DNA of 64,000 bases from contig CAYYRJ010000004.1 in the NCBI GenBank assembly GCA_964474085.1, forward strand, positions 11,656 to 75,655. Direction: 5' to 3'. The notes below the pieces were generated by a model. It searched no databases. It was not told where the DNA came from and saw nothing but the letters and a program-made list of their open reading frames with translations. How positions within the stretch are numbered: the first letter of the stretch is position 1; each line of letters starts with the position of its first letter. Both the position numbers and the translations under genes were made by a program. Source of the stretch: an uncultured Planctomycetales bacterium. GTDB lineage: Bacteria; Omnitrophota; Gorgyraeia; Zapsychrales; JANLHA01. This document shows, piece by piece, positions 38,008-47,596 of this stretch.

Positions 38008-38985
38008 ATTATCAAAGTCTTAATTGTAGGGGGATCAGGGTATTTGGGAGGGGCCCTGACCGACATTCTCTTAAATTCAAAACATGATGTTCGCGTATAC
38101 GATTTTTTGCTATACGAAGAATCTTATCGAAAACCGATTCCCTTTGTCTACGGGGATATCCGCGATCACGCCAAACTAAAACCGCATTTAGATTGGGCAG
38201 ATGTTGTTGTTTGGTTAGCGGCCTTAGTCGGCGATCCAGCCTGCGGGCTTAACGAAGCAACGACACGGGAAATCAATGTCGATTCCGTTGTGTTTCTAAA
38301 AAATAATTTTAAAGGGCGAATCATTTTTATGTCGACCTGTTCGGTCTATGGCGCAGCTGAGGGAGAGCTGCATGAAGGCTCATCACTCAATCCACTTTCT
38401 TTGTATGCGCGCTCCAAACTTGAGTGCGAAAAAATTTTGGCCGATTCCAATGCCCTGATCTTTCGTTTGGGAACACTTTATGGCATTGGCGATCATTTTT
38501 CCCGGATTAGGTTTGATCTCGTCGTAAACACGTTTGTTATGCGGGCTATTTTTCACGGCAAAATAGATGTTTTTGGCGGGGCGCAGTATCGTCCGCTTTT
38601 GCATGTTCGCGATGCAGCGTATGCGATCTTTTCGTGTTTAGAAAAAAATCCTCGCGGTCTTTTTAATTTACACTCCGAAAATGTGACTATTGTCGAAATC
38701 GTTGAGCGGATCAAGGTATTTTTTCCGTCGCTCATCATTGAAACAAGCGATACGATGTTTCAGGATAATCGCAATTATTCTGTCACAAGCAAAAAAGCGC
38801 AAAGCGAATTTGGGTTTGTCCCGAAACTTAAAATCGAAGATGGCGTCAGGGAATTTAAAGAAATGCTCGAAGCCGGCCGGGTCAAGAATTCATTTATCAG
38901 CCGTTTTTCAAATTATTTATATTTAAAACCTTTGCTTTCCGAGTATAATTCCCCTCTGGGCAAAGTCGTAAAATTAAACATCTAA
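38008..38985 (+). CDS. NAD-dependent epimerase/dehydratase (extended SDR); likely non-canonical ATT/ATC start
   Basis: The Rossmann motif VLIVGDQGYLGG is encoded upstream of the TTG start used by the ORF track (38044). There is no in-frame ATG/GTG/TTG between the AGGAGG RBS (38000-38005) and the motif. Catalytic YARSK. Confidence 0.6.
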   Translation: MIKVLIVGGSGYLGGALTDILLNSKHDVRVYDFLLYEESYRKPIPFVYGDIRDHAKLKPHLDWADVVVWLAALVGDPACGLNEATTREINVDSVVFLKNNFKGRIIFMSTCSVYGAAEGELHEGSSLNPLSLYARSKLECEKILADSNALIFRLGTLYGIGDHFSRIRFDLVVNTFVMRAIFHGKIDVFGGAQYRPLLHVRDAAYAIFSCLEKNPRGLFNLHSENVTIVEIVERIKVFFPSLIIETSDTMFQDNRNYSVTSKKAQSEFGFVPKLKIEDGVREFKEMLEAGRVKNSFISRFSNYLYLKPLLSEYNSPLGKVVKLNI

Positions 38986-38990
38986 AGTCT

Positions 38991-39716
38991 ATGAATGAAC
39001 TCTCAATTATTATTCCGTGTCTCTATTCGACTGAAATTCTTCCCGCTTTAATTGATCAGCTAAGCAATTATCTGCGCGGCAATCCCGGGGACGTTGATAT
39101 CATTGTGGTCACCAATGATAAATCGCCTCATGCAGATAGTTTGATAAGCTATGTTAAGAAAAAATATCCTTGGCTTAAGTTTGAAATGCTGCAAATTGCA
39201 GGCGGGATGCGCAGTTTTGGCGCTTTGGTGCGTTTTGGCTGTGCTTATTCGACAAGTTCCTATGCCGTCATCGTTTCAGCCTATGGCGAAGATGATATCA
39301 GCATGATCCCGCAGATGCTGGCCAAAATTCGAAAAGGGGCCCAGGTTGTTCAAGCCACCCGAACCAGTGACTTAAATTCAGCGAGTGAAGTTTCTTTGAA
39401 ATTTCGTATCTATCAGGCCGTTTATCGTTTTTTGATCAAAATTCTTTTAAGTCTTAAAATCACCGATTCAACCTACGGGTTTAAAATGTTTGACAGAGTA
39501 TTTACGCAGTCCTTTGGCCTGTCCCAAAACGGTTTTAGCATTTCGCCAGAAATAACCTTAAAGGCTTTGCTCGCCGGCGGAAAAGTCGAATACATTGCAT
39601 CCAAAGTTAAGTCAAAGCCATTAAACAAAGATTTCAAACTGTATCGCGAAGGGATTTCGTATCTATGGCTGCTTTTGCGCGGGGCTTTCCATCGAATCGG
39701 AATTCTTTGGTTTTAA
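38991..39716 (+). CDS. Small family-2 glycosyltransferase (polyprenyl-phosphate sugar synthase-like)
   Basis: N-terminus LSIIIPCLYSTEILPALIDQL..DIIVVTNDKS is GT-A-like. At 241 aa its size and architecture resemble the DPM1/ArnC class. Confidence 0.55.
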   Translation: MNELSIIIPCLYSTEILPALIDQLSNYLRGNPGDVDIIVVTNDKSPHADSLISYVKKKYPWLKFEMLQIAGGMRSFGALVRFGCAYSTSSYAVIVSAYGEDDISMIPQMLAKIRKGAQVVQATRTSDLNSASEVSLKFRIYQAVYRFLIKILLSLKITDSTYGFKMFDRVFTQSFGLSQNGFSISPEITLKALLAGGKVEYIASKVKSKPLNKDFKLYREGISYLWLLLRGAFHRIGILWF

Positions 39717-39729
39717 GGGATTTACCATC

Positions 39730-40437
39730 ATGAAAATATGCGTTATTGTTCCAATGTATAATGAAGAAAATATCGTTAATCTAAGCGTCACGACGATCCT
39801 GTCTTACATCAAACAGATTCCCGACAATGTGACCTTGGTCGTCGTCAATGACGGCTCAAAAGATAAAACAGAACATATCCTGCAGTCTTTGCTGCCGCAA
39901 TACTCTTCGCAGGAGTTTAAGCTTATTTCCTATCCAGTAAATCGCGGCTATGGCGGGGCGCTAAAGGCCGGAATCAAATTTGCTGTCGACGAGAATTATG
40001 ATTACGCGGTTTTTATGGATAGTGATTTGACCAATCATCCCAGGTATCTCAAAGACTTTTACGAAAAAATGCTGCAAGGCTACGATTACATCAAAGCCTC
40101 CCGCTACATCAAAGGCGGAGGGACTAAAAATGTTCCTTTTAAAAGAGTCATTATTTCGCGGTTAGGAAATATTTTTGCAAAATGCGTCTTGCACTTGCCG
40201 CTGACCGACTTTACAAATGGTTTTCGGGCAGTGAAGGTCGGCATTCTAAAACAGATCGACCTGCAGGAAAACAGTTATCCTTTGATGGTCGAAGAATTAA
40301 AAAAAGCCAGCCGGCTAACAAAAAGCTTTTGTGAGGTCCCTAATATTCTCGAGACCCGAACGACCGTTGCCGGAGAATCCAAATTCAGATACAATTTTTC
40401 TACCTTTTGGAAATATATAAAATACCTGTTTATTTGA
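39730..40437 (+). CDS. DPM1/ArnC-like polyprenyl-phosphate glycosyltransferase (GT2)
   Basis: ICVIVPMYNEE...VVVNDGSKDKT and FMDSDLTNHP motifs of dolichyl/undecaprenyl-phosphate mannose/glucose synthases; 235 aa. Confidence 0.7.
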   Translation: MKICVIVPMYNEENIVNLSVTTILSYIKQIPDNVTLVVVNDGSKDKTEHILQSLLPQYSSQEFKLISYPVNRGYGGALKAGIKFAVDENYDYAVFMDSDLTNHPRYLKDFYEKMLQGYDYIKASRYIKGGGTKNVPFKRVIISRLGNIFAKCVLHLPLTDFTNGFRAVKVGILKQIDLQENSYPLMVEELKKASRLTKSFCEVPNILETRTTVAGESKFRYNFSTFWKYIKYLFI

Positions 40438-40450
40438 AAGGAGCTGTTTT

Positions 40451-41323
40451 GTGAAAATCATTGTTTTAGGGGCCACAGGGATGTTAGGCAGCATGGTGTA
40501 TTCTGTCCTTAAAGAAGATCCCAGCCTAAATGTCGTCGGAACAGCACGCAAGGAAATGGATCCTTTTATCCTTTGCGATGTCTATGACACACCCGAACAA
40601 TTAAAAAACAAACTTAAAGACTGTGATTATGTGATTAATTGCATCGGCATCACAAAACCCTATTGTCACGATGATAATATGGCCGAAGTCAAAAACGCGA
40701 TTATGGTCAATTCGCTTTTCCCACACCGATTAAATGAAATCGCCCAGAGCAATAATTTTAAAGTGATTCAAATTGCCACCGATTGTGTTTACTCCGGGAA
40801 AGCAGGCCAATACAACGAAGATGCTTTGCCTGATGCACTTGACGCTTATGGCAAGACAAAAAGTTTAGGGGAGGTCAAGTCAAATTCCTATTTGAATATC
40901 CGCTCATCGATCATCGGCCCTGAGAAGTACACAAAAGTTTTTTTGCTTGAATGGTTTTTAAAGCAAGCGCCGAAGGCAAGTTTAAATGGTTTTTCGAATC
41001 ATGTATGGAATGGTGTGACAACCCTACAATTTGCGCAGCTGTGTTTGGCGATCATTAAACAGAATAAATTTGAGGCCCTACGAAGTGTTTGCGGCCTTCA
41101 CCATTTTGTCCCCAATGAAATTGTCAGTAAATACCAGTTGCTTTGTCTGTTAAATGACGTGTTTCAAAAAGGTTATACGATCAATGAGCAAAAAGCCGGC
41201 GACAGTGTTGTCGACCGGACGCTTTCGTCAAAATATAATTCTATTGCCAGCTTTTTTCCTAATTCCAGTATGCTCGCAGAAATAAAACGATTAAAGTCGT
41301 ATATGGACAAAGGGTCTATTTAA
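40451..41323 (+). CDS. RmlD-like NAD(P)-dependent 4-ketoreductase (dTDP-4-dehydrorhamnose reductase family)
   Basis: MKIIVLGATGMLGS Rossmann motif; about 290 aa; RmlD-type substrate-binding domain. GTG start. Confidence 0.65.
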   Translation: MKIIVLGATGMLGSMVYSVLKEDPSLNVVGTARKEMDPFILCDVYDTPEQLKNKLKDCDYVINCIGITKPYCHDDNMAEVKNAIMVNSLFPHRLNEIAQSNNFKVIQIATDCVYSGKAGQYNEDALPDALDAYGKTKSLGEVKSNSYLNIRSSIIGPEKYTKVFLLEWFLKQAPKASLNGFSNHVWNGVTTLQFAQLCLAIIKQNKFEALRSVCGLHHFVPNEIVSKYQLLCLLNDVFQKGYTINEQKAGDSVVDRTLSSKYNSIASFFPNSSMLAEIKRLKSYMDKGSI

Positions 41324-41326
41324 AAA

Positions 41327-42517
41327 ATGGCTAAAAAAATCGCATTTATTCTCGGGATACGGCCAGATGTTATCCGCAGCTCAATTATCTTAGAAAAACT
41401 GCGGCAACAAAAAGATTTTGAATGCGTGTTCATCTGGTCCGGCCAGCATTATTCGGACAACCTTAAGGACATTTTCTTTAGGGATTTAAACGTCGCGCCA
41501 CCTGAGATTGAACTTAACGCGCAGGGAAACAACGATGGGGAAGTCGTCGGTTCTGTCATTTCAAAGCTGTATCCAGTTTTAGAAAAATTAAAGCCTCAAG
41601 CCGCTGTCTTTCTGGGGGACACCAACACCGTCTTAGGCTGTATCGCGGCGGCCCAACAAAATATTCCCATCGTTCATATTGAAGGCTGTATGCGTTCTTA
41701 TGATTGGAGAATGCCCGAAGAAAAATACCGCGGGGTTATCGACCATCTTGCCGACGTTATCTATGCCTATTTTCCTGAATATAAAACGCAAGGGATCGCC
41801 GAAGGCCTTAGTCCCAAAAGAATTGTTGTAACAACCAATATTATTGTCGATGTCATCAACAAATATTATTTTGATGTTAAAGACAAATTTGATCAGTTGG
41901 CGAGCGTCGCATTTTTTAAGAAACGTCTGATTGAAAAAGGTGAATATTACCTGATGACTTGCCATCGACGGGAAAACGTCCACGTCAAAACGTCATTGAA
42001 AAACATTTTAAAGCTTGCTGCTGCGACAAAGCGCAAAATTTATTTTCCCGCAAGCTATCGGACTCAAAAACAATTAAAAGAATATGGTTTTAAACTTCCG
42101 CGCAATGTCATTCTTGTCGATCCGATCGGGTATACCGAAATGCTTGTCCTTATGGTCAACTCACGCGGGGTCATTACAGACTCCGGAACTGTCGTCGAGG
42201 AAACCTGTGTTTTGCAAGTGCCATCCGTGCAAATACGCAGATCTACCGAGCGTCCGCAGGTCTATGATGCCGGATCGAGTGTTAAATTTGATCCAAGCCA
42301 GTCAGAAAATTATCCTTTGGACGGCATTTACCAAAAATTTGAAAATCTTTACGGCAAAAAATGGCACCACAATTTAGGTGACGGCAAAGCTTCACAGCGA
42401 ATTGTCGATGATTTACGCCGCCGCTTTAAAACCGACGGATTTCGTACACACAAGCCAGAAGATTATCATCTTAAAATCGCGCGATCTTACAGGGAAGATG
42501 GCCTTGCAAAAACTTAA
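41327..42517 (+). CDS. UDP-N-acetylglucosamine 2-epimerase (WecB-like)
   Basis: KIAFILGIRPDVIRSSIILEKL matches the WecB N-terminal motif (GTRPExIK); GT-B-like two-domain length. Confidence 0.65.
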   Translation: MAKKIAFILGIRPDVIRSSIILEKLRQQKDFECVFIWSGQHYSDNLKDIFFRDLNVAPPEIELNAQGNNDGEVVGSVISKLYPVLEKLKPQAAVFLGDTNTVLGCIAAAQQNIPIVHIEGCMRSYDWRMPEEKYRGVIDHLADVIYAYFPEYKTQGIAEGLSPKRIVVTTNIIVDVINKYYFDVKDKFDQLASVAFFKKRLIEKGEYYLMTCHRRENVHVKTSLKNILKLAAATKRKIYFPASYRTQKQLKEYGFKLPRNVILVDPIGYTEMLVLMVNSRGVITDSGTVVEETCVLQVPSVQIRRSTERPQVYDAGSSVKFDPSQSENYPLDGIYQKFENLYGKKWHHNLGDGKASQRIVDDLRRRFKTDGFRTHKPEDYHLKIARSYREDGLAKT

Positions 42518-43478
42518 TGGACGTTTGATCGATGGAATTATTTCTTTCATCGACTTTTTTTTGATTCCCTTAACCTTTCTTAGCGCTGGTGTTTGCTTAG
42601 GAATAAAAAGGTTAGGTGTGCAAAGGATGCCTTGGAGTAAAAAAATATTTATGAAGCTTGGGGTTTTTCCTATCCGTGACCATTATTATGAACCGCTTTT
42701 TAATCCGCGGCATTTGAGCAAATCGCTAAGAGATGACAGGACGCTACCGGCCATCGATTTTAATGTTGCCGAGCAATTAAGCCTTTTGCGTAAGTTTGAC
42801 TTTAATCAGGAGTTAAAAAAATTTCCCTTAGATAAAACACAAAATCTGGAATTTTATTATCATAATCCAAGCATCGGGACTGGGGATGCCGAGTATCTCT
42901 ATAATATGATCCGGCTCTATAAGCCTAAAAGAATCATTGAAATCGGCAGCGGGCATTCAACATTAATGGCAGTCAACGCGGTCAAGCAAAATGTCTACGA
43001 CGACCCAAAATATTCTTGTCAACACACATGCATCGAACCGTACGAAATGAACTGGTTGGAAAATTTAGGAATAACGATCGTGCGTGAAAAAGTCGAAAAT
43101 GTTGATAAAAAACTATTCTCAAGTTTAGAAGCCGGTGATATTTTATTTATCGACTCCTCGCACATGATTAGGCCTCAAGGGGATGTACTTTTTGAATACT
43201 TAGAAATTTTGCCTATTTTAAAATCCAAAGTTCTCGTGCACGTCCATGATATTTTTACTCCAAAAGATTATCTAGACGAATGGGTGATACGGGACATGAA
43301 GTTGTGGAATGAACAATACTTGCTCGAAGCTTTTTTATCGTTTAACAAAGAATACCGGATTATCGGCGCGTTAAATTTTTTAAAACACCATTATTTTAGT
43401 GAACTTGCTCTGCGGTGCCCCATTTTGGCCAACGAAACCCATGAGGAGCCGTGTTCATTTTGGCTAATCAAAGCTTGA
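42498..43478 (+). CDS. Class I SAM-dependent methyltransferase (Methyltransf_24-like)
   Basis: IIEIGSGHSTLMAV motif I and ILFIDSSH motif. Start at 42498 chosen to limit overlap with wecB. Confidence 0.6.
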   Translation: MALQKLNGRLIDGIISFIDFFLIPLTFLSAGVCLGIKRLGVQRMPWSKKIFMKLGVFPIRDHYYEPLFNPRHLSKSLRDDRTLPAIDFNVAEQLSLLRKFDFNQELKKFPLDKTQNLEFYYHNPSIGTGDAEYLYNMIRLYKPKRIIEIGSGHSTLMAVNAVKQNVYDDPKYSCQHTCIEPYEMNWLENLGITIVREKVENVDKKLFSSLEAGDILFIDSSHMIRPQGDVLFEYLEILPILKSKVLVHVHDIFTPKDYLDEWVIRDMKLWNEQYLLEAFLSFNKEYRIIGALNFLKHHYFSELALRCPILANETHEEPCSFWLIKA

Positions 43479-43490
43479 CGGTAAAAAAAT

Positions 43491-44396
43491 ATGGCTCATA
43501 AAATTTCATTTATCATCGCCTCTGTCGACCGGGACCAGGATTTACAATACTGCGTCACTTCCATCGAAAAAGCGCATGAATACAAACCGAATATTCCCGT
43601 TGAAATTTTTGTCGTGATTCAGCAAGCCAAGCAAAAGAAAGATATTCATCTTAAGTATCCCGACTTAACGCAGATCCACTATATCGACCAATTAGGACTT
43701 TCGGTTGCCAGAAACCATGCAATAAAAATAAGCACCGGCGATTATCTGGTTTTTATCGATGATGATGCTTCCATCGGCGAAAATTTTATTGATGTGTTAA
43801 CGCAAATAATCGACACGCATAGCTCTGTTGGCGCATTTTGCGGCCGCCTGATTGATAAGATTGAAAAAACTCCCTTTTCCTGTCTTTTTAGCAACATGCA
43901 GACTAAGAAGCTAAGCCGTTTTGACTTTCAGTATTTTATGGGCAGCGCCCATGTCATCCGTCTGGATGTGCTCAAACAAATCGGCGGTTACGACGAACGT
44001 TTTGGGGTAGGTTCAAAATTCTTCGGCTCCGAAGAAAGCGATATGTTTTTTCGATTAAAAGCCTGTGGCCAGCAAGTCCTTTATGTGCCGGATTTGGTCT
44101 TTTTCCATCCGATTCTGACCGTGCCCCCAAGCTATGTTTATAAATATTCCTATGCCATCGCCGCGGCGCTGACCAAAAGTTGCCTTTGTGACAAAGCGTA
44201 TTTTTTTGTGTATGTTCTGATCGTTTTAAAAGCAATAGCCAAGGCCTCGATACGAACTTTGCAAAAAAATATTTTTAAAGGGATCTATGAAAATTTAGAC
44301 AAAAAGTATCATTATCAATCCGTTATCAAGGGGACATTCGACGGCATCAGAGGTTTTATTAATGCAGAAGTTCTCACTAAAGGGAGTTTATCCTAA
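43491..44396 (+). CDS. Family 2 glycosyltransferase
   Basis: ISFIIASVDRDQDL...LVFIDDDA GT-A motifs. Confidence 0.75.
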   Translation: MAHKISFIIASVDRDQDLQYCVTSIEKAHEYKPNIPVEIFVVIQQAKQKKDIHLKYPDLTQIHYIDQLGLSVARNHAIKISTGDYLVFIDDDASIGENFIDVLTQIIDTHSSVGAFCGRLIDKIEKTPFSCLFSNMQTKKLSRFDFQYFMGSAHVIRLDVLKQIGGYDERFGVGSKFFGSEESDMFFRLKACGQQVLYVPDLVFFHPILTVPPSYVYKYSYAIAAALTKSCLCDKAYFFVYVLIVLKAIAKASIRTLQKNIFKGIYENLDKKYHYQSVIKGTFDGIRGFINAEVLTKGSLS

Positions 44397-44816
44397 ATGA
44401 TCGAAAAAGTAACCCATAAAGACAAGCTTTTAGCGATTATCGTCCGCAAAAAATATAAAAAAAACGGGATATCCTTTATCACGCCTAACGATTATTCTCT
44501 GCAGTTAGGATATATGGACCATCCCAAGGATCACAAAATCAAGCCGCATATGCATCACCCGGTCCGTCGAGAAACATTCGGCACACAGGAAGTGCTCATT
44601 ATCCAAAAAGGCGAGCTTCGCATTGATTTCTATTCTTTCGAAAAAGAGTATCTAGAGAGCCGAACGCTTTTTGCGGGGGACGTGATCCTGCTCATTGAAG
44701 CCGGGCATGGGATGACGGTTTTAAAACCGCTGCGCATGATTGAAGTCAAAAATGGCCCCTATCGTGCCGAAGAAGACAAAGTCAAGTTTGAAGGAATTAA
44801 TGATGATCCCTGTTAA
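44397..44816 (+). CDS. WxcM-like cupin domain protein (sugar isomerase/unknown)
   Basis: Small cupin with a His-rich motif (KPHMHHP); it resembles the WxcM N-terminal domain found in deoxyaminosugar pathways. Confidence 0.5.
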   Translation: MIEKVTHKDKLLAIIVRKKYKKNGISFITPNDYSLQLGYMDHPKDHKIKPHMHHPVRRETFGTQEVLIIQKGELRIDFYSFEKEYLESRTLFAGDVILLIEAGHGMTVLKPLRMIEVKNGPYRAEEDKVKFEGINDDPC

Positions 44817-45918
44817 TGAACCGCTGTTAAACGGCCGCGAAAAAGAGTTGCTCATCGAATGCATCAATACCGGATGGATTTCTTCCGACGGGCCTTTTAT
44901 CGCCCAATTTGAAAAACAATTTGCCAGTTACATCGGCGCTGATTTTGGCATCGCGCTTTGCAATGGGACCGCAGCTCTTGAAACCGCATTTTTTGCAGCA
45001 GATATCAAAGCGGGCGATGAAATCATTATGCCCAGCTTTACTATTATCTCGTGCGCTTTGACGGCTCTTAGACTGGGAGCTTTTCCTGTTCTTGTCGATT
45101 GCGAAGCGCAAACATGGAATATGGATGTCTCCCAAATCGAAGCGCGAATTACTCCTAAAACACGCGCCATTCTTGCGGTGCATATTTACGGTCATCCAGT
45201 CGATATGGATCCGCTGTTAGCGCTAGCAAAAAAATATAATCTTATTGTGATCGAAGATGCCGCCGAAGTTCATGGCGCCGAATATAAAGGGCGCAAATGC
45301 GGCGGGCTTGGTCATATTAGCGCCTGGTCGTTTTATGCCAATAAAATCATTACCACCGGCGAAGGGGGCATGGTTTTAACGTCCGATCCGCAAATGGCCA
45401 AACGCGCCGCATCGTATCGCAATCTTTGTTTTCGTCCCGAAAAGAGATTCTATCATACCGAGTTAGGCTACAATTTCAGGATGACAAATCTGCAGGCTGC
45501 TATCGGGGTCGCACAAATGGAACGCATTGAAGAGTTTGTTGCAACAAAGCGGCGTTTAGGCGAAGTTTATCGTCAAGAACTTGCGAATATTAAAGGCATC
45601 AAAACACAGGTTCAGATGCCCTGGGCTAAAATGGTTTACTGGATGTACTGTATTGAATTAGACAAGTCGTTAAAAATCGATGCCGCAACGCTGATGCAAG
45701 AGCTTGGAAAAAGAGGCATTGGGTCACGCCCGTTTTTTTTAGGTCTACACGAACAACCGGCTTTGCTTAAGCTAGGATTGTTCAAAGACGAACATTATCC
45801 AGTCACAGAACGCATCGCGCAGCAAGGATTGTATTTGCCGTCAGGGATGACTCTGACGGAGCAACAAATTCAAGAAGTTACAGCAGCCGTAAAAGATATT
45901 ATTTCGAAAAAATCATAA
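44800..45918 (+). CDS. DegT/DnrJ/EryC1/StrS-family PLP-dependent nucleotide-sugar aminotransferase
   Basis: Family N-terminal motifs EKQFASYIGADFGIALCNGTAALE and SFYANKIITTGEGGMV; this is the usual context for the catalytic Lys. Confidence 0.85.
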   Translation: MMIPVNEPLLNGREKELLIECINTGWISSDGPFIAQFEKQFASYIGADFGIALCNGTAALETAFFAADIKAGDEIIMPSFTIISCALTALRLGAFPVLVDCEAQTWNMDVSQIEARITPKTRAILAVHIYGHPVDMDPLLALAKKYNLIVIEDAAEVHGAEYKGRKCGGLGHISAWSFYANKIITTGEGGMVLTSDPQMAKRAASYRNLCFRPEKRFYHTELGYNFRMTNLQAAIGVAQMERIEEFVATKRRLGEVYRQELANIKGIKTQVQMPWAKMVYWMYCIELDKSLKIDAATLMQELGKRGIGSRPFFLGLHEQPALLKLGLFKDEHYPVTERIAQQGLYLPSGMTLTEQQIQEVTAAVKDIISKKS

Positions 45919-45930
45919 AGGAGATTTAGA

Positions 45931-47148
45931 ATGCAAACCATGGAAACCATCACACGCACAACTTGCCGCCTGTGTGACTGCGATAAACTGCATGAGGTCT
46001 TTTCCGTCGGGGAACAGTACATCAATGATTTTGTCCCACCTGAAAGAGTCGGAAAAGGATTAAAAGCCCCGCTGGATTTGGTCATGTGCGACCGCTGTTC
46101 ACTTTTGCAACTTCGCCATACCGCTCCGCAAGAGCTCTTATATGCGCGTTATTATTGGTATCGCTCCGGGGTAACAGATACGATGCGCCGCGCCCTGCGC
46201 GACATTACCGCAGAAATCGAGTCGATGGTGACTTTAAAACCCGGCGATGTTGTTTTGGATATCGGAGCCAACGATGGAACCATGCTGGCAACGTATACGG
46301 CAGAGGGGATTTGTCGCGTCGGCTGTGAGCCAGCCAATAATTTGATCGATCTTTTGCGCAAAAACACCCCTTACGTGATGCACGATTTTTGGAGTTACGA
46401 AAGTTATATGGAATTAGCCAAAGGCTGGGGATTTGGCAAAGCGAAAGTGATTACCGCTATCGGCATGTTTTATGACCTTGAGGATCCCAACAAATTCATT
46501 AAAGATGCCCAGCGAGCTTTGGCCGACGACGGGATTTTTGTCGCACAGCTGATGTGCTTAGCCCCCATGATCGAAAAAAATGATTTGGGTAACATTTGCC
46601 ATGAACATCTTGAATATTATTCTCTGGCGTCTCTGAAATATCTGTTTGAAACCAACGGCCTTGAAATGTTTAAGATCGAAGAGAATAATGTCAACGGCGG
46701 AAGCTATCGGATTTTTGCGCGTCATTACAAAGGAACCGGGATTTCGTTTGATGAAAAATATGACCGCACCGATATTTTAAACTTTGCGAAACGTTTAGAG
46801 GACAATCGCAAACGTTGCGTTGATTTTATCAAAGCTGAAGTCGCAAAGGGGAAAAAAGTTTATGTTTACGGCGCATCGACGAAGGGAAACGTGATTCTCC
46901 AATATTATGGTTTGGATCACACCTTGATTACCGCCGCCGCTGAACGCAGTCCAGAAAAATGGGGCAAATACACCATCGGCTCATGGATACCAATTATTTC
47001 TGAAGAAGAGGCGAGAAAGGCAAAACCGGATTATTTTTTGGTCTTGCCGTGGGCATTTTTTGACGAATTTTATAAACGAGAAGCCGATTGGCGTGCTGGC
47101 GGTGGAAAATTTATTGTTCCCTTACCAGATTTTAGGGTGGTGCCATGA
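45931..47148 (+). CDS. NDP-hexose C-methyltransferase (TylCIII-like; zinc-binding N-domain + Methyltransf_14)
   Basis: N-terminal CRLCDC...CDRCSLLQL zinc-binding domain, SAM motif VLDIGANDGT, and a C-terminal C-methyltransferase domain. Confidence 0.7.
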   Translation: MQTMETITRTTCRLCDCDKLHEVFSVGEQYINDFVPPERVGKGLKAPLDLVMCDRCSLLQLRHTAPQELLYARYYWYRSGVTDTMRRALRDITAEIESMVTLKPGDVVLDIGANDGTMLATYTAEGICRVGCEPANNLIDLLRKNTPYVMHDFWSYESYMELAKGWGFGKAKVITAIGMFYDLEDPNKFIKDAQRALADDGIFVAQLMCLAPMIEKNDLGNICHEHLEYYSLASLKYLFETNGLEMFKIEENNVNGGSYRIFARHYKGTGISFDEKYDRTDILNFAKRLEDNRKRCVDFIKAEVAKGKKVYVYGASTKGNVILQYYGLDHTLITAAAERSPEKWGKYTIGSWIPIISEEEARKAKPDYFLVLPWAFFDEFYKREADWRAGGGKFIVPLPDFRVVP

Positions 47149-47576
47149 ACTTAATTCCCGTCGAAGAATATCGCAAAATTCTCGAAGTCTTGCCAATCCT
47201 GTGTGTGGATATCATCGCCCAAAACAGCGCCGGCGAATATTTGTTAATTAAAAGGGCCAATGAACCCAAAAAGGATGTTTGGTGGGTCATCGGCGGCCGT
47301 GTCCTCAAAGGCGAGACGCTTAATGAAGCCGTCAAGCGCAAAGTCAAAGAAGAAACAGGCCTTGACGTTACCGACTTAAAGCCCGTTGGATATTTCGAAT
47401 TAGTGCAAGGCGCGAATCCTTTTGGACTGCCGTTTGAATATCACACGGTCAGTGTTGTTTTTTCGGCGGTGATTGACGAGACTCAGCCGATACGTCTAGA
47501 TAAGCAAAGTTTGGGATACAAATTTTCGAAAGAGTTGCCAGCTGATTTTGATGTTAAAGATTTTAAATCCTGTTAA
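47145..47576 (+). CDS. Nudix hydrolase, GDP-mannose mannosyl hydrolase (Gmm/WcaH)-like
   Basis: Nudix box GGRVLKGETLNEAVKRKVKEETGL; size and context next to gmd. Confidence 0.7.
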   Translation: MNLIPVEEYRKILEVLPILCVDIIAQNSAGEYLLIKRANEPKKDVWWVIGGRVLKGETLNEAVKRKVKEETGLDVTDLKPVGYFELVQGANPFGLPFEYHTVSVVFSAVIDETQPIRLDKQSLGYKFSKELPADFDVKDFKSC

Positions 47577-47596
47577 AAGAAAGTGCAGAAAGATTT

